From a virus (taxonomy: Duplodnaviria > Caudoviricetes): a stretch of 29,209 nucleotides of DNA. The stretch spans positions 1 through 29,209 of IMG/VR virus record IMGVR_UViG_3300027833_000174. One strand, 5' to 3'. The position numbers were made by a program, and so were the translations under genes. Positions 1 to 8,841 of the stretch are shown piece by piece. The notes beneath the pieces were generated by a model, which was given only the letters and a program-made list of their open reading frames with translations, did no database searches and was not told where the DNA came from. How positions within the stretch are numbered: position 1 is the stretch's first letter; each line of letters opens with the position of its first letter.

Positions 1-180
1 ATCACCGCTAAATGACACTGCACCGTCAGCAATGTTAGTTTGTTTTACCTGTATAACACTCCCTGCTGGTGGAATAAACCCGTTACTAGCATCCAGTGTT
101 TGACCACTTGGTATTATCACCTTGTTCGCATTAGACCCAGATGTTGGTCCTATTAAGTTTTCGACTTGTAATGTACTCAT
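1..180 (-). CDS. virion/tail-fibre-associated protein, 5' part (runs off window)
   Basis: Read manually: ATG at 180 abuts the stop of the upstream gene. MSTLQVENLIGPTSGSNANKVIIPSGQTLDASNGFIPPAGSVIQVKQ resembles small fibre-cluster proteins of marine phages. Confidence 0.7.
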   Translation of the reverse strand, partial: MSTLQVENLIGPTSGSNANKVIIPSGQTLDASNGFIPPAGSVIQVKQTNIADGAVSFSGD

Positions 181-678
181 CTATATCACCGTTAAGTTTC
201 CATTGACTGTCAGGGTAATACCCGATGCAACAGTAAGTGGTCCTGTAGCACTCGCATTTTCGTCTGCGTCAATTGTTGTGTTAGTGTTTAGCTCTTGTTC
301 ATTAACTCGAAAGATGTCACCAGCTTGTGTACCTACTGTACCATTATCGCCTTTAAACATACCACCACCCGTAGGTGTACCTTGTGCTATGTAACGTGAG
401 TCTGATACGGTTTTATTGTAATGGTTGGCAAGTTCAAAAACATCAAAAGCAACCACTTCTAGTATATCGTCTACTGCGGCACCTGTTGTTAAAACAACGT
501 CACTACCATTAGTAGCTGTGTAATCTGCAGACGCTAACTTAATACCGTTTAAGTATACGTCTAGAAAGCCCGGCTCATAACCGGAACTCCCAAAAGTTGT
601 TTGTCCCGAAGTCGCTAAGAAAGCGTCTCTTGTTTGGACATTCTGCGGAGAAGGTGCAGAACCTATATATCCTGACAT
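181..678 (-). CDS. tail fibre-related structural protein
   Basis: 165 aa, Gly/Thr-rich. Has an MSGYIG start, a DVYLNGIKL..DYTATNG..VVL module and a C-terminal GPLTVASGITLTVNGNLTVI. RBS GGAGG upstream. Confidence 0.7.
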   Translation of the reverse strand: MSGYIGSAPSPQNVQTRDAFLATSGQTTFGSSGYEPGFLDVYLNGIKLASADYTATNGSDVVLTTGAAVDDILEVVAFDVFELANHYNKTVSDSRYIAQGTPTGGGMFKGDNGTVGTQAGDIFRVNEQELNTNTTIDADENASATGPLTVASGITLTVNGNLTVI

Positions 679-697
679 TTTCTATGCCTCCTGCTAA

Positions 698-976
698 TTA
701 TATTTCTTGTGCATCCATAGCTGTCTGGTATGCAGTCTTAACTGCGTCTGACCAAACGGCATTGCATATTGCTTGTACTTCTGTTGACTCACTTGAGATG
801 TCCGTGTCACCCCATGTATCACCTGATTTAGTTGAGCAAGATAAGACGTGACGATGGAAACCTGATGATAGTTCTACACCATCTTCCATAACTGAGGTTT
901 TGGTTCTCACTTGCACATGTTTGTGATCTCCAACGATTTCAATCTTATCTTCTGTTATTACTTTTGCTAGTGCCAT
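698..976 (-). CDS. small protein downstream of fibre gene, putative fibre assembly chaperone
   Basis: 92 aa acidic protein (EDKIEIVG..HVQVR...EDGVELSSGFHRHV...EVQAIC.AVW) with AGGAGG RBS. Function inferred from position. Confidence 0.55.
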   Translation of the reverse strand: MALAKVITEDKIEIVGDHKHVQVRTKTSVMEDGVELSSGFHRHVLSCSTKSGDTWGDTDISSESTEVQAICNAVWSDAVKTAYQTAMDAQEI

Positions 977-997
977 ATTGGCCTCCTATGTTTTATC

Positions 998-1040
998 GTG
1001 GCGTTAGTGCCACCTGTCCAACCCCATCTCTGAGAGGGTT
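998..1040 (-). other. two adjacent intergenic hairpins
   Basis: Minus strand AACCCTCTCAGAGATGGGGTT and GTGGC-ACTAAC-GCCAC, between the fibre stop codon and the next RBS. No U-tail. Confidence 0.45.
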
Positions 1041-2226
1041 ATTGTGTTGTTCTATAAGTTACATCCATGTGGAAATTTACTGAACTTCCTATGCTATTAT
1101 CAGTCATATAAGCAGTACCGTTATCTGAGGCTGTACCACCAGATAGACGAAAATAGCCAAAGTTGTTGTTGTGTTCCATTAAGAACAGAGGAGATTTAGA
1201 ACCATCTGACAAACCAGAAAAATACCCAAATTTACCAACACCACGGTCATTTGATGATGAAGCGTTATTTGTAAAAGGAAAACCTCCCATCCCAAAAACA
1301 CCAGTAGATGTGTTTCTATCAAAAATAATAGCGATAGAACAAAAAACAAATTGACCTATCTTTACATATGAACCTACTTGGCGAGAATAGGTTTCAGCAT
1401 TTACTCCTACCCAACTTATATCAGGCGTCCAAGTCCCCTCTTCATAATCGTCCAACTTATTCGCTGAACCTGTACCGCCGAGGTATACTCCACCTGATAG
1501 GTAAGCGTCTTTGAATCTAAAATTAACTTCTCCAATATCTACAGCACCATTGCTCACTGCACCAGTTCCGTTGGTTGGATAAATCTTTGCAACATCAGAA
1601 TCAAAACGTATGCCTGTTGCTCCACCAGCAATATATAAATCATTACCGCCCACAACACCTGTACTACCTACAACTACACTATCTTTATGTAAAGCAATCA
1701 AACGACCATCATCAGTAAGGCGGTTAACATTTACAGGTGTGCCACTATCTCTCGTAAAATCAGCAACAGTGCTTCGTAAGGCTATTCCAGCAGTTCCAAA
1801 AGCATCAGTAGTCTTACCCACCAACACATTCTCTGAGCTATCAATCGTGATTGCTGTGGCGTTACCATTGTCGTCAATGCTTGGTGAGCCAGTGCCTGTT
1901 AGAGCAGAGCCATCTCCTGTTGGCGACAGGAAAGCAGCATCAGCTTCTGTCTTTGTGTAATGGTCAGACAACTGGAAGGATGCTTGTGATACTACTACAA
2001 TTTCATCTCCACTTTCTGCCGCTACTGTAAGTGTTATATTCGTGCCGTCTGTGGCTGTATAGTCTGTACCGTCTACTAACCTTACACCATTATGAAATAG
2101 GTGAACTCGTCCTGTGTTATAAGTCAAGCCAGTTAAAGAGGTAGTTGTTCCAGTAATAGAGAATTTCTTTTTATACTCTGTACCAGAACTTACTCCGGGC
2201 GCTTTTACGCCTATATATCCTGACAT
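1039..2226 (-). CDS. tail fibre protein
   Basis: 395 aa with MSGYIG start, NGVRLVDGTDYTATDG module, AITIDSSENVLVG repeat unit and LDDYEEGTWTP...YVKIG C-terminal domain typical of marine phage fibres. Confidence 0.8.
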   Translation of the reverse strand: MSGYIGVKAPGVSSGTEYKKKFSITGTTTSLTGLTYNTGRVHLFHNGVRLVDGTDYTATDGTNITLTVAAESGDEIVVVSQASFQLSDHYTKTEADAAFLSPTGDGSALTGTGSPSIDDNGNATAITIDSSENVLVGKTTDAFGTAGIALRSTVADFTRDSGTPVNVNRLTDDGRLIALHKDSVVVGSTGVVGGNDLYIAGGATGIRFDSDVAKIYPTNGTGAVSNGAVDIGEVNFRFKDAYLSGGVYLGGTGSANKLDDYEEGTWTPDISWVGVNAETYSRQVGSYVKIGQFVFCSIAIIFDRNTSTGVFGMGGFPFTNNASSSNDRGVGKFGYFSGLSDGSKSPLFLMEHNNNFGYFRLSGGTASDNGTAYMTDNSIGSSVNFHMDVTYRTTQ

Positions 2227-2230
2227 ATGA

Positions 2231-3850
2231 TTAAGCCTCCAATGCTGTTAGTCTTGCCTCAATAGAAGCAAATCGTTGTTCGTTGTATGCGGCTACAAAA
2301 GAGAGTAACTCAGGGTAACGAATACCTAGTCTAGTTTTTTCTGTTGCACCTTCTGGTGCTTCAGCTTCTGTGTCGTAAGTGTCAGTGCGAGTGTAAGCAT
2401 CTACTGCTTCAACAGCTTCTGTAGTTACATTGCCATCTTTGTCTAGCACTTCAGCTACAGCTTCTACTGCTGGTACTTCTACATCGTGTGTCCACCATGT
2501 GTCTGAACAGAATAAACCATACTTACTTGCATCTAAACTTTCTGCTGTAAAAGCCGCCTGTACGTCTTGAGCTATGATACCTGTATGATTTCTAGCACCA
2601 TCTCCTTCCGTAGCAACTTTATCTTTCCATCTGTAGTTTTTAAACATTGCTGAAATACGTTTAGCTACTAGCATTTCTGTTGCTGTAAGAGATGCTATGT
2701 CTTGCTTCTCTGTCTGATCAGATGTGTTTATTGACCCGTTTGTTGCATAAATGTTAGTCCAACGATATGCCCCGTGACCTATGTTATATTGGTTATCTCT
2801 TAGTGTTCCATCGTCATTAGATGAGATTAAACCACTACCATCAAAAACCACCCCAAAGTCTGAACTAGCTACACCAGCTATATAAAAACCAGAACCCCCA
2901 CGACCAATACTACCATGAACTGTACCATTTCGTCGGAAGCTAAGTATTTCGCCGTCATTTGTTCCTCTATCAAATACTGAAACAGTACCACTGTCACGGT
3001 GATGATTAGTAAACCCAGAAGACTCTATTACAAATCCAGAATCTGCATCTTGGATATTAGTCTTACCAAACATAAAGTTGCCCGATGAGTCGATGCGCAT
3101 ACGTTCTGAGCCGCCAGCACTAAAACTTAATGTGTTAGCCCAAAGGTCTAGATTCTTAGACCCTTGCCTTGATGCTATTTGTAATGTTGTACTACTTGGT
3201 GCAGAAATCTCAAAACCATGGCTTCCTGTTGTCTGTAAAACAGCTATTGTGCCATCGCCAGAACGGGTAACATCAAGCGGTGCATCTGGAGAATCTGTCC
3301 CAATACCAACGTTGCCCGATGAGTCGATGCGCATACGTTCTGTGTTGTTTGTTCCAAAAATAAGGTCGCCCGATAAAGATAGTAAAGAAACTTTATTAGC
3401 GTCAGTCGTTATTGAACCAACATGATTAGAACCATTTCTAAATTTCATCATGTTACGACCTGTTCCAGCCGCTCGTCTAATTTGTATTTCTCCGTCTGCG
3501 CCTATGTAAGCTGTATTATCACCAGCACCAAGAGACGTTGATGGGTTAGCTCCAATACCAACGTTGCCTGATGAGTCGATGCGCATACTTTCTGCGTTGT
3601 TTACAATAAAACGCATACTGTTGTCAGAGTGGTGGTAATCTAAAATGCCAATGTTGACATCGTCAGGGTCGGCAAACATGATGCGACTAGGGTCTGTGTT
3701 TTGAGCAGTAAGTGCTAAAACAGCTTGTCCAACTGTACCATCATCATATATTTCTAGTTGTCTACTAGGAGAACTAGTCCCAATACCAACATTAGATCCA
3801 CTAACTGTTATAGCATCGGGTATATTAATTAAGTCTGTTTGCTTAGACAT
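2231..3850 (-). CDS. tail fibre protein with C-terminal intramolecular chaperone (peptidase S74-like)
   Basis: 539 aa with three E(R/S)MRIDSSGN repeats. C-terminal TSD..EKQDI ... HTGIIAQDVQ ... IRYPEL + coiled coil is the auto-cleaving chaperone pattern. Confidence 0.85.
   Translation of the reverse strand: MSKQTDLINIPDAITVSGSNVGIGTSSPSRQLEIYDDGTVGQAVLALTAQNTDPSRIMFADPDDVNIGILDYHHSDNSMRFIVNNAESMRIDSSGNVGIGANPSTSLGAGDNTAYIGADGEIQIRRAAGTGRNMMKFRNGSNHVGSITTDANKVSLLSLSGDLIFGTNNTERMRIDSSGNVGIGTDSPDAPLDVTRSGDGTIAVLQTTGSHGFEISAPSSTTLQIASRQGSKNLDLWANTLSFSAGGSERMRIDSSGNFMFGKTNIQDADSGFVIESSGFTNHHRDSGTVSVFDRGTNDGEILSFRRNGTVHGSIGRGGSGFYIAGVASSDFGVVFDGSGLISSNDDGTLRDNQYNIGHGAYRWTNIYATNGSINTSDQTEKQDIASLTATEMLVAKRISAMFKNYRWKDKVATEGDGARNHTGIIAQDVQAAFTAESLDASKYGLFCSDTWWTHDVEVPAVEAVAEVLDKDGNVTTEAVEAVDAYTRTDTYDTEAEAPEGATEKTRLGIRYPELLSFVAAYNEQRFASIEARLTALEA
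3077..3594. repeat. three 32-bp direct repeats inside fibre gene (3077-3108, 3311-3342, 3563-3594)
   Basis: gttgcccgatgagtcgatgcgcatacgttctg is identical in copies 1 and 2 and has two mismatches in copy 3. Confidence 0.95.
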
Positions 3851-4157
3851 TATCTTGCTCCATTACACTTATGATAGCATCTACAGAACTAGCTACAGTA
3901 GAGGTCACAATTACAGTGTCTCCTGTTTCTAATACTATTTTACCATCTAATGGGCTTAAACCCGCGTTTGCAGGTAAGGGGACATTCTTAACTAAGTACA
4001 TACCCGCTGTTTGTAAGTCTGCGTTTACTTGTCCAGTTGTAACGTTAGAAATGTTAAATCCAATAACTATTGCAGTTTTGTTTGAAGGGACTGTGTAAAC
4101 TGTTGTTGCACTTGTACCTATACCGGTGCTTGTATATCTTTTAAATGTATTTGCCAT
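3843..4157 (-). CDS. small beta-rich virion/fibre-cluster protein
   Basis: 104 aa, MANTFK...TVYTVPS.KTAIVIG...KIVLETGD. Overlaps the next start. Confidence 0.6.
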   Translation of the reverse strand: MANTFKRYTSTGIGTSATTVYTVPSNKTAIVIGFNISNVTTGQVNADLQTAGMYLVKNVPLPANAGLSPLDGKIVLETGDTVIVTSTVASSVDAIISVMEQDNV

Positions 4158-4162
4158 TTTCT

Positions 4163-4429
4163 TTATCCTAGTGCGATTGCCAGTGCCGCTACTCGTGCGT
4201 CTACTGCTTCATTAAAGTTTGCTGTTGAAGATTCGTTACTACTGTCTCCGATGAAGAATTCACCATCGTTAAGACTTATAATACCCATCTCTATTACGTT
4301 TCCAGAAGTATCTTTAGTGTAGATAATCTTGTCTGCTAAGTTAACAGCAAGCTCTCCGGGTTGTAAATCAGCCGCCAAAGGGACTGAGCCTGCTACCGAG
4401 GATTTCTTATGAATAATTTTAGTTGCCAT
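4163..4429 (-). CDS. short fibre connector protein with T4 gp36/gp37-like N-terminal module
   Basis: KKSSVAGSVP..ADLQPGELAVNLADKIIYTKDTSGNVIE resembles the N-terminus of T4 distal fibre proteins. Ends in ALAIALG. Confidence 0.7.
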   Translation of the reverse strand: MATKIIHKKSSVAGSVPLAADLQPGELAVNLADKIIYTKDTSGNVIEMGIISLNDGEFFIGDSSNESSTANFNEAVDARVAALAIALG

Positions 4430-4452
4430 TGGGCTTCTTTCCTATGTGTGAG

Positions 4453-4478
4453 GTGGAGGTGACTATAGAGCCACCCCC
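4453..4478 (-). other. intergenic hairpin
   Basis: Minus strand GGGGGTGGCT-CTAT-AGTCACCTCC forms a 10-bp stem with G-U pairs. No U-tract, so not a clear terminator. Confidence 0.45.
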
Positions 4479-4486
4479 AAGTTGTT

Positions 4487-5482
4487 TTAGTATGTACCGC
4501 CATCTAGAATTACGTTCTGTAACTCTTCGTTAGCTAAGTCCCACTTATTATCGGCTTCATTCCAAACGAATGATTTGTTAGCCGCTGTCCCGCGTTCTAT
4601 TTCTATACCACCATTTTGTGATGGTGTTCCTGTTTCATCAGAGTTTAACAAGATGATTGAATCACCAATGTTAACTTCATTTGAGTTTACAGAAGTTGTT
4701 GTACCATTGACTGTTAAGTCACCCGCAATTACAACTGTACCTGTGTTGTCACCTAAACCCGCAGGGTCGATAGTGATGGTTGAACCACCTTCTATTAAGC
4801 TTGTTGTGACCTTATTAAAGGTAACGTTGTCAGAAGTTCCTACTGCTTGACCAATAGCTACTTCGCCATTAGTAATAGTTACACCAGTTCCGCCATTAAA
4901 GTGTGCTCTTGTTTCACTAGCACTTGGGCCAGTATAAGTAATAACACCTGTAGCACTGCTGTAAGCTAAAGAACCGTCTCCGCCCGCATCTGTTACAGAA
5001 ACTTCACCACGAATGTTTGCTGATGTTACTTTATTAAAAGTATAAACACCACTAGAGTAAGCTAGCTCACCATAACCTGTACCGGAGTTAGCTACTGATA
5101 GTAAACCTTCGACATCTGATTCAAAGTTAGAGTTTACAAAAGCCGAACCATTCCATTTTAAATGGTCACCTGAAGATATTGATGTTAGTGTTACATCTTC
5201 TAGTGCGCTTAAAGTTTGATAACCCGCTGATACAAAACCAGTACCATTATGTGCTTTAAGAAGGTTATTAGCAGTATCATACCACAAGTCACCTTCAACA
5301 GGGTTAGATGGTGCTGATGCATCGACATAAGCTCCAGTAATTTCTTTTATGTTATTTCCGCTGTCTTTAGTATAAATCTTGCGGTCTACAAGGTTAATTG
5401 CTAACTCGCCTTGTTCCAAGTCAGCTGTTAAGGGGGAAGCTCCACCGGTAACGCTCTTCTTTAGTAAAATTTTAGTTGCCAT
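4487..5482 (-). CDS. tail fibre protein with gp37-like N-terminal module
   Basis: 331 aa with GELAINLVDRKIYTKD, APSNPVEGDLWYDT, LEDVTL..GDHLKWNG, GDLTVNGTTTSVNS and GGIEIERG motifs. Ends in DGGTY. Confidence 0.8.
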   Translation of the reverse strand: MATKILLKKSVTGGASPLTADLEQGELAINLVDRKIYTKDSGNNIKEITGAYVDASAPSNPVEGDLWYDTANNLLKAHNGTGFVSAGYQTLSALEDVTLTSISSGDHLKWNGSAFVNSNFESDVEGLLSVANSGTGYGELAYSSGVYTFNKVTSANIRGEVSVTDAGGDGSLAYSSATGVITYTGPSASETRAHFNGGTGVTITNGEVAIGQAVGTSDNVTFNKVTTSLIEGGSTITIDPAGLGDNTGTVVIAGDLTVNGTTTSVNSNEVNIGDSIILLNSDETGTPSQNGGIEIERGTAANKSFVWNEADNKWDLANEELQNVILDGGTY

Positions 5483-5937
5483 TAGAAGCTACCTCCAATA
5501 ATATATGTTGTTTGTTTTTCTATGCGATTAGTCGCTTGGTATTTTTGTGCTGTTTCGTCATAAACTAAGACTGCACCATCTTCTTTATTCGTGTTATCTA
5601 AGTCGGTAAGTTTACTAGTTGTAAACTGATGATTTTCAAATTGACTTGTTGTCGAATTGTACTGAACAATATCTCCGTCTTGAACGTTGCTTATTGTAAA
5701 GTCTGACAAGTTATCTATATCAAATTCGTTATCTAAGCTACCGGCATTAATATCATAAGTGGTACCATCTGCTTTGGTAATAGTTGCTATTACTTCTGCA
5801 TCAACAAGTTGTATGTTAGTCAGAGAATCGCCTTTAGAGCCTTGTCCACCAGTACGGGACAAGCTTAGTGTGTGTTCTTGTTTATCGATTGTTAAAGTAA
5901 TATTGTTGTTATCAACCGTTGTTGTGTATTTAGACAT
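5482..5937 (-). CDS. fibre-associated structural protein
   Basis: 151 aa with a GGQGSKGD collagen-like stub and two L.D.....DG..(V/L).Y repeats. Ends in GGSF. TAATG coupling to the next gene. Confidence 0.6.
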   Translation of the reverse strand: MSKYTTTVDNNNITLTIDKQEHTLSLSRTGGQGSKGDSLTNIQLVDAEVIATITKADGTTYDINAGSLDNEFDIDNLSDFTISNVQDGDIVQYNSTTSQFENHQFTTSKLTDLDNTNKEDGAVLVYDETAQKYQATNRIEKQTTYIIGGSF

Positions 5938-5939
5938 TC

Positions 5940-6395
5940 TTATACCTCCTCAGAAGGAGAGAATAGAATTTCAACTAGTCCACGCATAGGCTTCCATATC
6001 TGTTGGTTATTACCTATACCGTTATCTGCTACCTCAACACCAATCCAAGCATAAGCTGGTTTTTCAGGTGAAGGTTGAGTTACATATAGAGAAACCAAGT
6101 TTTCTGGTATAACAATATTAAATGTGTTGTCAGTTACTACAGCATCTATTATTGGGAGTGTTGTTACCTGACCTCCGCTTTGTACAGCAGTAGGTAGGCT
6201 TGTTGGGTCTGAGTGGTTTAGAGCAGAGCTATCAGCTTCTACAATCTTAGCTGTGATTGTATAGCCTGTTAAGTTAGTGAGCCATCCGAGAGTAACTCCC
6301 ATGTGAATTTGCTCACCTTCTACTACTGAAACCAACACAGAACCGTTATCTTTAATTAAGTCTTTTGACTTACTATTAATTCTTGAACGTGCCAT
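5940..6395 (-). CDS. putative virion structural protein (Ig/BppU-like N-terminal type)
   Basis: 151 aa beta-rich protein (NLTGYTITAKI...RGLVEILFSP), first gene of the fibre cluster, with AAGGA RBS. Confidence 0.5.
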   Translation of the reverse strand: MARSRINSKSKDLIKDNGSVLVSVVEGEQIHMGVTLGWLTNLTGYTITAKIVEADSSALNHSDPTSLPTAVQSGGQVTTLPIIDAVVTDNTFNIVIPENLVSLYVTQPSPEKPAYAWIGVEVADNGIGNNQQIWKPMRGLVEILFSPSEEV

Positions 6396-6444
6396 GTTTT
6401 CTTTTTCCTTTCTGTCGAACCTCAGTTGGACAAATTTGGTTAAG

Positions 6445-6468
6445 GCAATCCCCCGTTAGGGGAATCGC
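6445..6468. terminator. GC-rich hairpin, possible terminator or processing site
   Basis: Minus strand GCGATTCCCC-TAAC-GGGGGATTGC forms a 10-bp stem. A T-rich tract follows on the + strand side. Confidence 0.45.
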
Positions 6469-6487
6469 AAAATTATTTTTATTTTTA

Positions 6488-6684
6488 TTAAGGCGTATCA
6501 GTAACTAAATCACCAGAAACAAAGTTATAACCAGTTAAAGGCGCACTGCCTTCAATGTCAGCTATAGTTGTTACAGAAGTTTCATCATAGTTCCAGTGTG
6601 ATAGGAATTCTGTTTGGTCTGTTGTTAGACCAGTTCCAGAGCCACCCCCGTGCTTGGAATCATGTTTGAGAATACATTGGTCAT
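6488..6684 (-). pseudogene. frameshifted small ORF or gene remnant
   Basis: ATG at 6684 gives only 19 aa. One extra G in the G5 run (6645-6649) would give 65 aa MTNVFSNMIPSTGGGSGTGLTTDQTEFLSHWNYDE...DTP, ending TAA at 6488. Confidence 0.4.
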
Positions 6685-6685
6685 C

Positions 6686-6970
6686 TTAGTGAGTTTCCGA
6701 TACCCAGACAGTTGCTCCACCAGTCACTACAACTCTCATTTCATTTGCTAAGAAGATTTCTTCTAAAGCTGAAGCTGAGTAAGTTTTAACAGTGAACCAA
6801 GAGGCTGAGGGATCTAAACGCATTTGTAACTGTACACTCCCTGAGACATAGTTTACTTGTACTAAGCCTTTTGGTTGGTTTGAGTTATCATTAACGTTAC
6901 CATAGACAGTGTTGGAAATATAATCTCCAGACATATCGTCAGCAACAAATTTTCTTGCATGATTAGCCAT
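6686..6970 (-). CDS. hypothetical protein, beta-rich, possibly virion
   Basis: 94 aa ORF in the coding direction, tightly packed, with AAGGA RBS. Confidence 0.6.
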   Translation of the reverse strand: MANHARKFVADDMSGDYISNTVYGNVNDNSNQPKGLVQVNYVSGSVQLQMRLDPSASWFTVKTYSASALEEIFLANEMRVVVTGGATVWVSETH

Positions 6971-6973
6971 AGT

Positions 6974-7384
6974 TTATTTCCTTTTCATTCTATTGCCAAT
7001 ACGCTTGGCTTTATTGTTAAGTCTTCTACTCTTACGAGCATAGTGTCCTAGTTTAATTCTACGTGCTAGGTTAAGTTTATTATCACGTTTAAGTATAGAG
7101 CCTTGCATGTTACGTTCGACTGCTTGAGCCTTATCGTCATACTTAGCACTACGTTTAATTGCTTTTGCTTTTCTCTTAGTGAGAGAAACTTTAGGCTTAC
7201 CGCCAGATAGTCTCAATTTGGTCTTAATTGCACTACCCACTCCACCCTTTTTACGTTTCATAGCTGAAGCCTTTACAGCTTTAGCCAATGCTCTTTTCTT
7301 AGCAGGAGTCATTGCTGACTTCCCCACCTTCTTGCCGAGTTTCTTACCGACAACTTTTCTTAGAAGTTTGCTACGTAAAGACAT
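6974..7384 (-). CDS. highly basic Lys/Arg-rich protein
   Basis: 136 aa containing MTPAKKRALAKAVKASAMKR. TAATG coupling to the upstream paralog. Confidence 0.75.
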   Translation of the reverse strand: MSLRSKLLRKVVGKKLGKKVGKSAMTPAKKRALAKAVKASAMKRKKGGVGSAIKTKLRLSGGKPKVSLTKRKAKAIKRSAKYDDKAQAVERNMQGSILKRDNKLNLARRIKLGHYARKSRRLNNKAKRIGNRMKRK

Positions 7385-7851
7385 TACTGTGACTTCGCCT
7401 TCTTGAGTTTTATAGTAGTATTGCTTACTTTTGCTAAACGCTTGTAGTAGTCTTGTAGTTGTTGTGTATTAACCGATTTCGAATCAACCGTCTTTAAAAG
7501 TGAGTTAACTGATTTTCTTACGGCTTTCTGTTGAGATTTACTACTGTAAGCTTTCGCAAGTGTATTGATAGCTTTTCTGTTGTTAGCTCTTAACGCCTTC
7601 TTATTAGCTATGTTAACCGTTTTACGACTAAGTGCTTTAACACCTTTTTTGCTAGATAATAACTTAACACCTTTTAACTTTACAAGTTTAGAGCTAGACC
7701 GTTTAATAGCACTAGCTTTAACAGCTTTAGCCAAAGCTCTCTTTTGAGCAGAAGACATACGCTTAGCCGCTTTGTAGGTTATTGTTCTAGTAGTTTTAGA
7801 CTTGGAGAGACGTTTAAGAGCATTACGTAATAATTTTCTTCTTATTGACAT
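7384..7851 (-). CDS. highly basic Lys/Arg-rich protein
   Basis: 155 aa containing MSSAQKRALAKAVKASAIKR. N-terminus MSIRRKLLR matches MSLRSKLLR of its neighbour. AGGAG RBS. Confidence 0.75.
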   Translation of the reverse strand: MSIRRKLLRNALKRLSKSKTTRTITYKAAKRMSSAQKRALAKAVKASAIKRSSSKLVKLKGVKLLSSKKGVKALSRKTVNIANKKALRANNRKAINTLAKAYSSKSQQKAVRKSVNSLLKTVDSKSVNTQQLQDYYKRLAKVSNTTIKLKKAKSQ

Positions 7852-7862
7852 AGTAGCTCCTA

Positions 7863-8288
7863 TTATTTCTTATTACGGTTCCAAAGCTTTTGCATAGCCG
7901 CTTTCTTCTTAGCTGACCAAGAAGACATAGAACTAGATGCTTTTCCAACTTTCTTCTTAAGCATTGACTTCTTGCTTAATAAAGATGTTTTAGAACCAGT
8001 CATCTTGTTGATGCCTTTGTTTAACTTAGACTTCAATCCTGATGTCTTAGAAGTAGTTCTAGCTAGTGCTGTAGACTTCTTCATGTTGCTTCTTGCTTTG
8101 TTACCAGAAGTGTTAACTTTTCTAGCTGGAGCCTTCATAAGTTTAGCCGCAGACTTAACAGTTCTAGACTTAGCCTTTACTGTGCCTTTACCTTTTACTT
8201 GGATTCCTTTAGATAAGCTTCTAGCGTTCTTTAGTGCTTTAGCTTGTGCTACTTGTTTCTTAGTCTTGCGACCTTTCATGTAAGCCAT
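7863..8288 (-). CDS. highly basic Lys/Ser-rich protein
   Basis: ORF track gives 8348, but the likely start is ATG at 8288 (MAYMKGRK) after an AAGGA RBS. The 141-aa product has no Asp or Glu. Confidence 0.75.
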   Translation of the reverse strand: MAYMKGRKTKKQVAQAKALKNARSLSKGIQVKGKGTVKAKSRTVKSAAKLMKAPARKVNTSGNKARSNMKKSTALARTTSKTSGLKSKLNKGINKMTGSKTSLLSKKSMLKKKVGKASSSMSSWSAKKKAAMQKLWNRNKK

Positions 8289-8289
8289 G

Positions 8290-8841
8290 TTATATTCCTT
8301 TATTATAATTGAACCTGTGGTAGTCTTCATTAAATATACTTTCCACAAGTATTCTATTGTTGTTGTTATTGTAGTCGTTGATGTTGGATACAGAACTATT
8401 CACACCAGACTTATAAGAGATTACCTTTGTTAAGCTGTATAGCTCATTTAAAGAGTCCTCTATCTTAAAGGTCTTAACTGTATCATCTATAAATCCGCAC
8501 TGTGGAGTCGTTAAAGACCAATCACAATACTCTGATATATCTAACTCCCAGAAGTCTCTAAAGCTTACGTTGTTAAACATAACCTTGAATGCTGGGTCAT
8601 TGACTGCATAAGTATACAGGCTTAATGCTCTTGTATACGGGTGTCTTGTTATTGCATAGACCTTCCTACTACCCATATCAAAAGAAGATATAGGGTTATG
8701 CTGACTAAGTCTGTCAGTAATAGTAGGAGAACTATGGGGCATAATCGCAGAGTTATTATACTTCATTAAAGCATTAACCTTGAAATTAGTACCCGATGTC
8801 CTTGGTATATGTAATACACACCAATCCTTTGTATAAATCAA
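8290..8841 (-). CDS. sulfotransferase family 2 protein
   Basis: LHIPRTSGT (5'-PSB loop), RHPYTRALSLY (3'-PB motif), PQCGF, FKIED and D..RFNY. ATGA overlap with terL. Confidence 0.75.
   Translation of the reverse strand: MIYTKDWCVLHIPRTSGTNFKVNALMKYNNSAIMPHSSPTITDRLSQHNPISSFDMGSRKVYAITRHPYTRALSLYTYAVNDPAFKVMFNNVSFRDFWELDISEYCDWSLTTPQCGFIDDTVKTFKIEDSLNELYSLTKVISYKSGVNSSVSNINDYNNNNNRILVESIFNEDYHRFNYNKGI

Noticed and set aside
3077-3594. Fibre repeats as a diversity-generating retroelement or invertible cassette
   Set aside because: No reverse transcriptase or invertase in the window, the repeats are direct and short, and there is no adenine-specific mismatch pattern.
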